DNA from: Octopus sinensis
Taxonomy: Eukaryota
NCBI RefSeq assembly: GCF_006345805.1
Contig: NC_043000.1
Coordinates: 81,964,001 to 82,028,000 of the forward strand
DNA: 64,000 nucleotides
Reading direction: 5' to 3'
In this document: positions 1 to 13,207 of the stretch, piece by piece
Position numbering within the stretch: position 1 is the first letter of the stretch
Layout: each line of letters begins with the position of its first letter
Notes under the pieces: model-generated
Told to the model about the DNA's origin: nothing
Databases searched by the model: none
The model's input: the letters and a program-made list of their open reading frames with translations, nothing else
Translations under genes and position numbers: made by a program

Positions 1-590
1 TTTTCGTGTAAAGTGTCACAGCTTCGATACGTTTTACTATCTCCTCGTAGAAATTTTGACATGACAACTGTATTCACTTCTTCAGCAGCCTTGTTTGTAG
101 GAGTAATGATGGCTCTGCTGCTCATCCATAGCCTCCCTCCATAATTCTCATCAATACCTCTGAAGACCACTTCACAAAGGCCCCATAGCCTTGTAGAATC
201 AATCAAATGCAGTGGAGAGACTGCAGTGGCAACAGTAATATGACCTTGTGATCGATCTTCAACGAGAATCAAATTGATTGTGTAAGTCTTCCCGGAGCCA
301 CCACTCGCGTTCAAGCAAAATATTTCCCCCTCCTTGTTTATAACTGATTCAACAACTTGGTCAAAGATATACTTCTGTTCAACATTTAGAGTTAGGTACC
401 TCTCGAAAACTCGGTCACAGAGAGCAGATTTATCAAAATTTAGCTCTTCCTGCAGTATCATTGGCAGAACTTCTAGTTCACTTTCAAAATCTGGCTCTGG
501 AAGACCAAGATTTGCCATTGTGACTTCTTCTCTGACTAATCTTACTTTGATGGAAAGCAGGACCTCGTTGTAAAGGAATTATTTTGGTTT
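1..590 (-). mobile_element. Helitron RepHel PIF1-helicase fragment, internally deleted
   Basis: Minus-strand translation reads ...LNVEQKYIFDQVVESVINKEGEIFCLNASGGSGKTYTINLIL... (Walker A). It continues in frame to ...WMSSRAIITPTNKAAEEVN...KTYRSCDTL, both typical Helitron PIF1 motifs. Runs off the window edge. Confidence 0.85.
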
Positions 591-629
591 TCCAACGCGG
601 TTTTGCCTTTTTTTGTCAATTAGCACTCC

Positions 630-988
630 TCAAACTACAGCTCTCAATAAGCCACTTCTTCACTACAGTTTTCACTTCTTCATCACAGGAATAAAGTTTG
701 CCTCTCAAACTCTCTTTCATGGGGCCGAATAGACGATAGTCCAGTGACGATGATAGTCCAGTAACGAGGAAGTAAAAACTGTAGTGAAGAAGTGGCTCAA
801 ACAACAGTCAACAGAATTTTACGGGGCAGGTATACATGCTCTCATTCGAAGGTGGAACATTGCTATTGAGAGAAACGGTGACCATGTTGAGAAGTAGGGA
901 TGTGATTCACAGAGGACCAGCTTCATTTTGATGTATGATACATGTTCCTGTGTTGGTAATTATACCTGTCCTAAACAAAATGGCATAA
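630..988. mobile_element. mariner (DD34D) transposase C-terminal relic, rearranged as an inverted duplication
   Basis: Minus 630-750 encodes LDYRLFGPMKESLRGKLYSCDEEVKTVVKKWL. Plus 770-897 encodes NEEVKTVVKKWLKQQSTEFYGAGIHALIRRWNIAIERNGDHVEK*, followed by TIR-like CATAACTTTTTGACTCACCC. Confidence 0.8.
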
Positions 989-1193
989 CTTTTTGACTCA
1001 CCCGCTGATATACTTATATATATATATATATTTCAATACGGAGCATATAATTCAAGAGAAAATATTTGCGAAGATATTATTGACTCTATTATTATCTAGT
1101 GTAACAATTAAAAAATGATAACAGAATCAATAATAGCATTAAATAGCCGAAGGATTAAAATGTCCTTTGTTTAATTTTAATCCTTCAGCTACA

Positions 1194-1229
1194 TACACAG
1201 ACAGACAGACACACATACATACATATATA

Positions 1230-1312
<83 letters not shown>
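1194..1312. repeat. (ACAT)n/(AT)n microsatellite
   Basis: Directly visible. Confidence 0.95.
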
Positions 1313-1323
<11 letters not shown>

Positions 1324-1344
1324 CTATTAGTTAAACTTAGTCTA

Positions 1345-3640
1345 ATCTTGGGCTAATTTACAGTTACATTTATCTTTACCTATGTCCGGCGGTCTAGTCA
1401 GGCAGATAAACTGAAGGATCATTTGTACAAAGTTCTTTCACAGATTACCTCGATTACGAATGGCAATGATTTCATTATCGTGGCTGGCGCCGTCAACGGG
1501 ACATCATGGACAGAGCACAGATGGAGTCCAGGGGATGCATGGAGATGCTAAAAAGGAAAGGGGAACAAGGCTGCTGGAGTTTTGTAATGCAAATGACTTG
1601 ATTATCTGTAACACTAACATCACGAAACTAGCCAGTCACTTGATCACTAATCAATATGTTAGACACGCAAGTTAGATTGACTAGAATGTCATTAGAAAAC
1701 AAAACAAACAGATGCTTGTAAATACAAAATCTTTGCCGATGAAAAATGCAGAAACCAGTGTGGGTTAGTGGTTAGTGATTTCAGACTTAGAGAAACAAAC
1801 AAGTCTGGAAAAGAGATATGGAAGCTCAATGATCAAGCAGAAGTTAGAAAATTAGAAAAATTCCAGTTGAAGAATTTGACGAAAAAAAGGAGTTAGAGAC
1901 GTATAGCATAGATGGCAACTGGAATTTCCTATGGAACCTACTGAAGGCTACAAACCAAATCCGTGGCTGGTGAAAATTCTGGACAGTGAGTACAGATGGA
2001 TAATGTCACACACCTAGTGATTCTGAAGGGAAAGAGACGTGAAAGTGCTTCTATGAAAAGCTATTAAACATGGAGAGCGTTTGGAAGAAAGAGGATCCAA
2101 TAGAGGGGGCTAACTATCTTAGTTGATAGCAGTATGATAGATGAGGCGATTAAGGATATGAAGGCAAGGGAAGACCCTAGTCCATCAGGAATCACTGCTG
2201 AGATGCTTAAAATATCTTATGGATTAGGATATAACCTAGTCACTCATATAGTTAATCAGATTGCATGGGAAGTGTCTTACTCAATGGCTAGTGTAGCAAC
2301 ATTTGCAAAACTAAAGACAATGCTTTAGATAAGAGTAATTGCAGAGATATTAAATTGCTGGACCCGGCCATGAAAGTTACAGAGGTAGTTACGACTCAGT
2401 TTATTAGGAAAAGAATTAGGTTAGATGAGATGCAGTTTGTCTTTGCGCTAAGGAGAATTAATGTTGATGCCCTCTATTTAGTAAGACAACTACTGGAGAC
2501 GTATTTACCTAAACGTAAACCATTAGACTTGGCATTCGCCGATCTGGATAAAGCTTTCGTCATAGTTCCTCCTCTGTGATCTGGTGGTCTCTGAGAAAGC
2601 TAGGAGTAGACGAGTATCTTGTGAGAGCCATAGAAGCCATGTGCAGAGATGCTGTCAGTAAGGTAAGAGTTAGCCACACCTACAACGACGAATTTAGTAT
2701 ACAGGTGGGAGTTTACCAGAGCTCTGTTCTCAGCTCCTCCCTATTCACCATTGTCCTCCAGGCCACAACAGAGGAATTTAAGACTGGCTACCCTTGAGAA
2801 CTACTATACGTTGATGACTTTGATTTCATTGCAGAGTTCTAGGAGTGGAAGCAAAACCTGCAATCAAATCCTATTAAAGCTAACTTAGTAAAGACCAAAG
2901 ATCTAGTAAATAGGAAAATAGCTCTATTTGATATGTAGAAAAGGTGTAAGCAGGAATTCCATATGGTATACTCTGTACAAGCTATTGATCCATAAAAGGT
3001 GCAATGGAAGCACAGAAGAGTTAACAGAGGAAGTAGACTTAATATGTGAAAGATGTGCAGGAACAATAATCATTAAGAACACGGTAGTGGCTGGAAGGAA
3101 TCGATTTTTCACAAATTCTCTGCAGTAGTAAGTAGTTTCTGTTACCTAGGTGACCTAATTAGCAGTGGAGTAGGATGCTCTGAAAGTATAGGTGCTAGAA
3201 CAAGAATAGGATGTAGAAAGTTCAGAGAGTTATTACCTCGGTAGCCAACAAAAGGTCTATCTGTTTCTCTGTTTCTCTGTTTCTCTTTCTTTCTCTCTTT
3301 CTCTCTCCCCCTCTCTCAGAGTGAAATGTAGATGGTACGATGCTTGTGTGTGAACAGCAATTCTACGAAGTAGTGAGTCGTGGGCCCTGAATGAAGAGGA
3401 CATGCAAAGACTAGAGAGGAATAAAGCTCATATGCTTCGTTGGATGTCCAATACCATGTGTGTGGATGAAGACAGCTGTATAAAGAAGAGGTAGTCACTT
3501 AAAGAGGATGGAACTTGTGGAAGAGTTAGATTCAGAAAGACATGGGATGAAGTCAGTTCTCAAGATACTGAATCTCACGGAGGAGATAGAAAAGGACCGA
3601 GATGACAGTCAATTCGCTGGGATTGAAAATACCTGTATGT
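1345..3640 (+). mobile_element. degenerate RTE-clade LINE (APE endonuclease + RT)
   Basis: Fragments GTRLLEFCNANDLIICNT (APE), PSPSGITAEMLK, LDLAFADLDKAF, IWWSLRKLGVDEYLVRAI, VGVYQSSVLSSSLFTIVL, ELLYVDD (RT). Many stops and frameshifts. Confidence 0.85.
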
Positions 3641-3659
3641 CACGGTGAAAATAAAATCA

Positions 3660-4500
3660 TTAAAGCGTTTTGTACATGTCCGTGCATGCTAGGCTCAGTC
3701 CTTGCACCAAATCTACCCTGTCAAGCATTCCCCAAATTTCATTCTCTCTACACACGTCCTACCATCACTTCCTTAACTACGGTACTACTTGGTCGCTGTA
3801 ATAAATTGAGAGCAGAATCGGCGCATTTCTTCTCCACTTTTTGTGCTACCAGTTACCTCCTCATTTTGAAACCTATTAACATCCATCCCTCATTCTCATT
3901 ATCATTCTTTCTCACATAATTTTCATCAATCACCGTCTTCCTGTTCTTTCAGTTACCTCTCTCTCTCCTTTGAGCTTCATCTTAGGCCTGCTATACGATA
4001 TCTTAACATTTCTATATGTGCTATCATCCTCAACACCCTCTGATATCTGCGACCAATGTACCCACTACGATGTCGACCCACTCACCACAGCTACTCTCGT
4101 AAACATCTGACCTCCCTCTCTGCCACTGTACCTCTCTCTTTCCCCACTCTTACATCATCCTACTTTCCAATCTATCCTCCTTCCTCAGCCACTTCTATAC
4201 CCTCTCCAAACTGATATTTCCCATCAACCGTATCCTCACCCTTGTTCATCATTCACTATATTCACCATCTCTAACTATCTGTTACTCTCCTTTTGCACGC
4301 TTATGAAATTGCAAGCTCTTATAGTCAGTTTCTACATTGAAATTTTGCTCTTGCCCCTTGTAACCACCATCTTTATCTTCTTCCATCTATCCTCATGGAT
4401 CTTTATATAATTCAGGGTAGACATGTACCTCCTCCACAGCAAGACATCTGTGTATGTCTCTTTATCATACTTTAGCCTTCAATACCTGGCATAAAGCTAC
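3660..4500 (-). mobile_element. possible very old RTE-like LINE C-terminal relic
   Basis: CT-rich block. Minus-strand fragments only loosely resemble the RTE C-terminus (VYES..., KW). Heavily decayed. Confidence 0.25.
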
Positions 4501-4559
4501 TTTCTATTCTCTCAAATACATACCTGACATAGTTCTTTTTCTATAATGAAAGTTACCAA

Positions 4560-4757
4560 GCGAGTTCACAATTGCCGATGGCACGAAAAAGGAACCGGTA
4601 CCTATTGTAAAGTGGTTGGCATTAGGAAGTGTATCCAACCATAAAAACTATGTCAAAGTTGACCTCAGAGATCGATGTAGTTCTGCGGGTTGTTGGATCC
4701 TGTCAAAATGTCCGAACCATTCCAGCATAGAAAACGAACGTTAAATGGTGATTATGA
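4560..4757 (+). mobile_element. RTE-type LINE/SINE 3' tail
   Basis: GGTTGGCATTAGGAAG..ATCCAACC...AACGTTAAATGGTGATTATGAT ending in TGA-like repeats. Probably the tail of the upstream RTE. Confidence 0.45.
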
Positions 4758-4784
4758 TAAAGAGCATTATATATATAATGCGCT

Positions 4785-6650
4785 TTTCCGCGACACTCCA
4801 CCTCCATCTAATGAGGAGGGCTGCTTCACCGACCTGGGCCGCCGACCATCCCAGTGGACGCCAGCTCCTGCCCAGTTCCAAGCAGTCGATCTTTTTGCGG
4901 GCGCCTGCCAGCGCGCTGTTGACCGGTTTAACTTTTCCAGGCGTCCCCGTCATCTGAACATCTCCCCAGCCGAACTCTCGATGTCTCCGATGCAGCACTG
5001 ACATCATCATAAAACCGGCCGACAAGGGTGGAGCCTTGGTGGTGTGACGCGCGGACCTCTACAAGGCGGAAGCTCTCCGCCAGCTTCAAGACCCCTCCTT
5101 CTAATGCCCTCTGCTCGCTGGCCCCACACCCAGCTACCGATAGACTGTGTCCTCCACTATCCATGACCTCATCTTCTCCTCCTGTCTCCCTCACCGCCTC
5201 CAGCCTCACAACCCCATTGTCCACACTCCTCGCACCCCACAATTTACTTCCTCCCCAAAATTCACAAATCTAACAACCCTGGCTGCCCCATCATCTCCGC
5301 CTGCAACTGCCCCACCGAACTCATCTCCAATATCTTGACCGTGTCCTTGCGCCCCTAATGTCTTCCCTCCGCTCTCACATCCATGACACCAACCATGCGC
5401 TTCGTTTGTTCAACTCTTTCTCCTTCCCTCCTGGCCCCTCTAAACTTCTCTTCACTCTCGACATCCAGAGCCTTTACACGGTGATCCCTCACCACGAGGG
5501 GCTGCGTGTACTCCAACATTTCCTTGACCTTCGACACAACCCCCAACCCGACACATGCACACTCATTCGTCTGGCCGAACTTGTCCTCTCACTCAACTGA
5601 TTCTCGTTCGCTGGTGATTTTTACTACCAAATCTCGGGAGTAGCCATGGAATCGAGAATGGGCCCCAACTATGCGAACCTGTTCATTGGCTACGTTGAGG
5701 CCCAAATATTCTCAAGTTTCAGTGGTCCCACTCCCGAACTGTACGGCCGTTATATTGACGACCGTATCGGTGCGACCTCACTCTCCCGCGAACATCTCGA
5801 CTCCTTCCTCTCTTTTGTCAAATCTTTCCATCCTGCCCTCCACTTCTCCTGCATTATTTCTGACACCCTTGTCTCCTTTCTTGACATTTCGGTCAGCATT
5901 CATCAGTCCACTCTCACCACCTCCATCCACTACAAACACACAAACTCACGCTCATACCTCAACTGTTCCTCGTCTCACCCTAAACACACCAAGCTTTCCA
6001 TCCCCTATTCCCAATTCCTTCGTCTGCGCAGGCTCTGTAGTGACGACCATGACTTTGAGACTTAGTCTTAACTCATGGCACGCCACTTCATCCTAAGTGG
6101 ATATCCCCTCACTACTATCCACACCGCATTTACCAGAGCACGTCCCGTGGACCGTGCATCGGCTCTCCACCCCGCACCCGCTTTTCCCACTCTCACCTCT
6201 CCCACATCCCAACACCACCACACCATACAACACCACATCACACCACCACGCACACAGTAGCACTGGACCACCTCTCAGCCCCACACCATCATCCACACAC
6301 CTACACACGCACAAACGCAAACGTCAAGGTCACCAGCCCTCTTCCACATGTACACAATACCCTCTTATACATACGCACGCGCATCTTCGTTTTGGGATAA
6401 CCACTACTTTATTATCTCCCCTTCTTCCTAGCTCTCCTGTGTGACCTCTCTGTGCGGCATTCGCCATGATAGTTCGCTAGCCACTACACATTCTTTGTTT
6501 TCTCTCCTTGTTTCTTTCTGTGTTCCTTTCTGTGGAAGAGCGTAGGCTCGAAACGTTAAAGACTTTTTCACTTCCCGAGCGTTAAACTAATGCATCTGTT
6601 TGTTGTCTACACCACCTGTCTTCGTCTTTTGTTTTTTTGTGAATTCTCCC
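4785..6650 (+). mobile_element. Penelope-like element: RT pseudogene plus 3' terminal region
   Basis: IIKPADKGGALVV, LLPKIHK, LFTLDIQSLYTVIPH, RMGPNYANLF, YGRYIDD, SFLDISV, SSHPKHTKLSIPYSQFLRLRRLCS. Broken by stops and frameshifts. No GIY-YIG seen. Confidence 0.9.
6526..6561 (+). ncRNA. minimal type-I hammerhead-ribozyme-like motif
   Basis: CTTT-CTGTGGA-A-GAGC(GTAG)GCTC-GAAAC-GTT-AAAG. Stem I 4 bp, stem II 4 bp, palindromic ACGT stem III. A6U core variant. Confidence 0.55.
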
Positions 6651-6651
6651 C

Positions 6652-6689
6652 TATATATATATATATATATATATATGTACATGTATCTA

Positions 6690-6768
<79 letters not shown>

Positions 6769-6777
6769 ATATCTATC

Positions 6778-6808
<31 letters not shown>

Positions 6809-6823
6809 TTAACTATCTATCTC

Positions 6824-6877
<54 letters not shown>

Positions 6878-6900
6878 ACTCACTATATATATATATATAT
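6652..6900. repeat. (TA)n/(TATC)n microsatellite
   Basis: Directly visible. Confidence 0.95.
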
Positions 6901-6962
6901 CCTTTTTACTATAGGCAAAAGACCTGAAGTTTTGTTGAGATCTTATCCACACCAGTAATATT

Positions 6963-7082
6963 TTACCGACTCCTGAAGAATGAAAGGCAAAGTCGACATC
7001 AGCGGAATTTGAACTCAGAACGTAAAGAGGGGCAAAATGTCGTTAACCATTTTGTCCGGTGTGTTAACGATTCTGCCAGCTC
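6963..7082 (-). mobile_element. tRNA-derived SINE family A fragment
   Basis: Matches the family-A head seen elsewhere in the window (GAGCTGGCAGAATCGTTA...GAGTTCAAATTCC). Confidence 0.75.
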
Positions 7083-7228
7083 ACATTATGTATAGATATA
7101 GATGTGTGTGTGTGTGTGTGTGTGTGCGCGCTCGTGTGTGCGCGCGCGTGTGTGTGCGCGTGTGCGTGCGTGCGCGCGCGTGTGTATGCGTGTGTCGCGT
7201 GTGTATGTATAACGGAGTGGAGTGAACA

Positions 7229-7270
<42 letters not shown>

Positions 7271-7274
<4 letters not shown>

Positions 7275-8551
7275 GTACCTTGATTACGAGTGTCCCAACT
7301 AACGTAATTTTCGAGATACCAACCGTCTCTCAGCCGACTTTTACTTTGAGTTGCGAGCTAAAATTAGGGTTACGAGCCAGCTTCTGATATTCACTGCTAG
7401 CGAACGCCAGAGTGAACGCTGTAACATCCGCCCAGCATCCCGTATCTCACTCGATAGCTAGACAGATATGCACGTTAGCGAGTGCAATGATCATTAGTAG
7501 ATCGATAGCTAGTCAGACATGCACGTTAGCAAGCGCGAAGACCGTTAGTGGATCGTTAGCTAGACTGGAGGTAAAATGCTTATTTAGTCGTTGCAGATTA
7601 CAGAAGAATCAGTGTTGTGCACCCAATTGTGCTTGAAATTATTTTGCAAAACATCATTTTCCCAACCATGGGTCCGAAGAAAGTGAGTGCAAAGGACAGT
7701 GTTAAGGAGAAGAAACGGACTATGTGCATTGAATTAAAGAAAGAAATTATCGAAAAACATGGCCAAGGTGTGCATGTAGTCGACATGGTGAAGCAGTACG
7801 AGCGTAGTACTTCTACGATCTGCACCATACTGAAGCAGAAGGAGTCGATAAAAGGCTATAATGCCAGTCAAGGGTTTTAAAATAATTTCTAAACAGCGGA
7901 CATCTATCCATGAAAATATGGAGAAGCTGCTGATGGTGTGGTTGACAGGGGCTACAATCTGCGATAAGGCACGAGCTATTTATGCTGATTTGCTGCAGCA
8001 GACCCCAGTCACTTGTACAGACGAGGCATCGGGCGAACTGTTTAAAGCCGGTCGGGGCTGGTTCGAGAGAATTTTAAAAAGAGAATTTTAAAAAGGTATG
8101 GTCTGGCAGCGTGAGTAGATATGAAGGCAGTTGAGGATTACCTCAAAACTTTTGCTGGAATTAAAGCAACCGAAGGATACAACCGCCAGTAAGTCTTCAA
8201 ATATTACGAGACAGGACTCTTTTGGAAGATACCAAGGAGAAAAGAATTCCAGGCCACAAGCCCATGAAAGAGAGACTGACCCTTGTGCTGTGCGCCAATG
8301 CAAGCGGCGACTGCAAGATTAAGCCGCTGCTCGTTTATCGTTCGGAAAACCCCAGAGCCTTTAAGTCACATGAGATTCTGAAAGAAAAGCTGCAGGTTAT
8401 GTGGAGAGCAAATCCAAGGGCGTGGGTCACCAGGCAATTCTCTGTGGAGTGGGTGAATTTGGTCTTCTGTCCAGACGTTAAGAAATATCTCCAAGAAAAT
8501 AACCTACCTTCGTCACGGAACGAGTTAAACTCGTAAGTTAATGTACCATTG
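7271..8551 (+). mobile_element. Tigger/pogo DNA transposon, internally deleted
   Basis: MGPKKVSAKDSVKEKKRTMCIELKKEIIEK (CENP-B HTH), KAGRGWF, PGHKPMKERLTLVLCANASGDCKIKPLLVYRSENPRAFK (DDE_1 start). Imperfect TIRs AGTCGTACCTTGATTACGAG / CTCGTAAGTTAATGTACCATTG at TA. Confidence 0.9.
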
Positions 8552-8770
<219 letters not shown>

Positions 8771-9115
8771 ATAATTATATTAAAGGAGCAGGGCGGAAAA
8801 CGACCTATCTCTTACATGGTTGAAAATGACGAGTCACTCAGATACTACCGAAATATTCCAAAATATACACGGGTTGTAGTCGGGCGAGTGAAAAAATATC
8901 AAAAAGACTTCGCGTCAATTGTGAATTGGGTCCAATTTCTGGATAAGACTAGTTTTCTTCTTTCGTCAACGCAATACACGGGAAATATAAATACAAATAA
9001 TTATACATTTCCGTACAAAGCGGATTCGCACGTCTACATACAAATATTTGCACGTATAGATCAAAGATAAGTCAGCTTTATACTCTTTCACGACAACCAC
9101 GTGTATATTAAATTC

Positions 9116-9526
9116 TTTATTGCCCACAAAGGGCTAAACATAGAGGGGACAAACAAGGACAGACAAATAGATCAAGTCGATTACATCGACCCCAGTGCGT
9201 AACTGGTACTTATTTAATCGACCCCGAAAGGTTGAAAGGCAAAGTCGACCTCGGCGGAATTTGAACTCAGACCGTAGCGGCAGACGAAATACCTATTTCT
9301 TTACTACCCACAATGGGCTAAGCAGAGAGAGGACAAACAAGGACAGACAAACGAATTAAGTCGATTATATCGACCCCAGTGCGTAACTGATACTTATTTA
9401 ATCGATCCCGAAAGGATGAAAGGCAAAGTCGACCTCGGCGGAATTTGAACTCAGAACGTAACGGCAGACGAAATACCGGTATGCATTTCGCCCGGCGTTC
9501 TAACGTTTCTGCCAGCTCGCCGCCTT
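9116..9526 (-). mobile_element. SINE family A, composite with two Tx1-like tail cassettes
   Basis: Head GGCGGCGAGCTGGCAGAAACGTTAG with B-box GAGTTCAAATTCC. Two bodies, each ending ...GCCC(T/A)TTGTGGG..(A)TAAAGAA. Confidence 0.85.
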
Positions 9527-9954
9527 AACCACGTGTATATTATCAAAATGACTCCGCAGGAAATCCTATTCTGATCATGAATAAAATTAATTATATTATT
9601 TTATTTAATTTATTAATTCATAAGAGAATAGAATGATAAAGTCACGTTACTGAATTTTATCAGGTAGTCAGATGCAATAAAAATTTATAGGTAATTTATA
9701 CATTAAATTGATAATTATATATATATATATGTATGTATGTATATAATTATATTAAGGGAGCAAGGCGAAAAACCTCTCTCCTACATGCTTGAAAACGTCG
9801 AGGCACTCCAAAATATACAAGGGAAAAATATTAAAACGACTTCACGGTAATTGTGATTTGGGTCCAATTTCTGGATTAAAACCATAGAACAGGTCCAATT
9901 TCTGGATTTAAGCCATAAAGCAGGCTCATATACGTATGCGTGTGTATATATGTT

Positions 9955-10399
9955 CTTTTATTCTTCCATTCTGTTATATGTTGCAGCCATTCGATTGCCG
10001 CTATGCTAGAGCACTGCTTTTTAGTCGAAGAAATCGACCCCAAGACTTATTCTCTGTAAGCTTGCAACTTATTCTATCGTTTTCTTTTGCCGAACCGCTA
10101 GATAACGGGGACGTAAAAACACCAGCATCAGTTGTCAAGCGATGGGGTGGTAGTGGTGGTGGGAGACAAATACAAACACAAAGACACAAAGACACACACA
10201 CATATATATATACATACACAACGGGCTTCTTTCAGTTTCCGTCTACCAAATCCACTCACATGACGTTGGTTGGCCCGAGGCTATGGTTGGTCCGAGGCTA
10301 TAGTAGAAGACACTTACTTGCCCAATGTGCCACTCAGTGGGACTGAACTAGGAACTATGTAGTTGGGAAGCAAGCTTCTTACCACACAGCTACGCCTGA
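9955..10399 (-). mobile_element. SINE family B (tRNA-derived, internal microsatellite)
   Basis: Head GGCGTAGCTGTGTGGTAAG...GTTCAGTCCCACTG. Tail related to GACTGAAACAAGTAAAAGA. Confidence 0.85.
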
Positions 10400-10460
10400 T
10401 TATATATACATAAATATATAAGTAAGTATGTATATTTATACATGTATGGATGAATCCGTT

Positions 10461-10528
<68 letters not shown>

Positions 10529-10571
10529 GTATGTAAGTATGTATGTATGTATGTATATATATATGTATGTA

Positions 10572-10616
<45 letters not shown>

Positions 10617-10621
10617 GTATG

Positions 10622-10666
<45 letters not shown>

Positions 10667-11088
10667 TATATATATACATGTGTGTGTGTGTGTGCGTGTG
10701 TGTTTGTATATATAATATATATATATGTGTGTATGTATATTAGCCGTGCTGTCGCACATATCAGTTATGTATTCGGTGTGTATATTTGATATTTAATATA
10801 TTGTGTTTACATCAATTTCAAACCCCTGTTATTATTTATATGGCTGTTCATTTTATAGAATTTCAGTTAAAATTCTTATTTGATCTTATTTTATATTTCT
10901 AATATCGTGTATGCTCGAGCTTACGATTCTTTATGTCTGTGTGTCTGTCTGTTCACCCCTCTCCTTCTCTCCTCGCCCTCGGTATATGTCTCTCTGTCTA
11001 TCCACATCTCATTCCTTATCTCTCTTTTTCTGTAAATTTCATTATGTCTACACGCACACACACACAGTCACACACACACGCTTTCGCC

Positions 11089-11131
<43 letters not shown>

Positions 11132-12360
11132 TCCTCGATCTGTAATGTTTCTCTATTTTCCTCTCTATGTTGCTCGCTTTGTTTATTCCCATACTTTCTC
11201 TGTTTCTCTCTGTCCCTCTCTCCTCGCAGATGTCTCTCTACGTCCACCCCTTCTTTCTCTCTCTCTCTCTCTTTCACGCATTCTCTCTGTGCATGTGTGT
11301 ATTTCTGTGAGTGAGTGAGCGAATGTGTATGTGTGAGAAAGAGAAAATGTGTGTATGTGTGTGTCTGTGTATATGTATGTATGTGTGTGTGTGTGTGTGT
11401 GTCTGTGTCTGCCAATACCAACATCTTTCCCAGTATTTGTCTCTTTCTTTCTCTCTTTCCTTCTTTCTCTACTGCTTTATATCTGTCTCTCACATATACA
11501 CAACAAACATACATACATACATACATACATACATACATACATACATACATACATACATACATACATACATACATACATGCATAAATACAAATACATACAC
11601 ACATACGCACAAATACACATGTACACACAAAATCACAATCTCACACAATAAAAAAGACTTCATTAACTTACACAACAGAAACATACATACACTCACAGGC
11701 AAATATATGTACATAAACATTGATGAATGCAATACATACTCATACACGCATATACATTCAACGTTCAACAGACAGCAAATCAAAAACTATCATATACATA
11801 CGTACTGTCACACACACACACGGACGCACATACACAAACGCACACACGAACAAACACACAAATACAGACACACATATACAAATAGAAATACACACATATT
11901 AACAGACACTGTGATGGTGTAATGGTGATGTAATCACGGTGATGTAATGATGATGATGATGACGATGTTGATGATGATAACGATGATAAAGATGATGATG
12001 GTGGTGATGATGGTGTGAATATCGACAGTGAAATGCCATGTAAAAAAAACGGTGAACAAATGAGAATTTAAAATGTAATCAATGTTATTGAGGTTTTAAC
12101 ACAGACACAAATACAGAAACATACGTATGTGCAATAATCTTTATATATTTATACACACACACACACACACACACACACCACACACACACACACACACGTA
12201 TATTATATGTGTGCATATACATACATGCATACATACATATATACGTACATACAAACATACATACATACATACAAACATACACACATGCATACATATATGT
12301 GCATATACATTTATGTACATGTGTACACACACACACACTCACACACACACACACGAACAA
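10400..12360. repeat. compound low-complexity block (TA, TATG, CT, CA, TACA, GAT)
   Basis: Directly visible. Source of many spurious ORFs. Confidence 0.9.
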
Positions 12361-12789
12361 ATGAAGTGGATGAAAATGCACAATGGAGTTAAAACAATTG
12401 TAATCTTTTTAGATGAATTGAAAGACAAATAACGGATGTTCTATTTCATTTAGATATGTTAAATATTTTTACATTAAATTCCAACCGGTTTTCACTCTAG
12501 AGTTCTTCAAAGGAAAATGTGAAAAGTATGTTTTTTAAGCAGTACTACTCAAAGGAGACGGACAGGAAGATACTGAAATGGAAAACAGGCACCGTCTTCT
12601 TTAGCCAAGCACTTACTAACTTCTACAAGTGATGCTTCCCTGAATATTTGTTGAAAGATGGACGAGCGCGGTATGGATGGGCTGAGTGAACAGTTAGAGT
12701 ATACCCCTGTAAATTGAGGGAGAAAAATAAGGAAAGGGTATTTGCCCTAGTGGTCAAGGTAACGGTGGTTAGAATGTTCTTCAGGTTGA

Positions 12790-13050
12790 GTAGCCCATCC
12801 CGCTCAAAAGGTCCCTGAATGAGGGTTGCTTGAGGATTTTGAACGAAACATCCATGTCTCTAGAGGTGAATTATCCAAACCCCAAAGAATTTCTCTCAAA
12901 ACATGCCCCCCCCCAACTTTTACTCATGAACAGAGATGCACTTATCGTCAGCCACCAAGGAAATGCTCAACTGCTTAAGGTTAAGCAACTGACAAGCAAA
13001 TCTGTGGTATTGAGCCGAATATTTACTGTAGCCCATGTTTTACACCAACA
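12790..13050. repeat. dispersed repeat, probably LINE-related
   Basis: CCCATCCCGCTCAAAAGGTCCCTGAAT...CAGAGATGCAC.TATCGTCAGCCAC, recognised from memory as an abundant octopus repeat. No protein motif confirmed. Confidence 0.3.
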
Positions 13051-13130
13051 AAAAACATGTATCAATACATAATAACACTTCGAATTAGTTAAGATGAGAA
13101 GCCACGAGAGCTACTGCTATGGCATTTATT

Positions 13131-13140
13131 ATTATTATTA

Positions 13141-13207
<67 letters not shown>
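13131..13207. repeat. (ATT)n microsatellite
   Basis: Directly visible. Confidence 0.95.

Noticed and set aside
4690-6444. Overlapping P/S/T/H-rich ORFs on several frames
   Set aside because: Alternative frames of the C-rich Penelope RT pseudogene, not separate genes.
8818-8862. ATGACGA...GAAATATTC resembling a hammerhead core
   Set aside because: Stem I does not pair, stem II is only 1 bp, and the paralogous copy lacks the motif.
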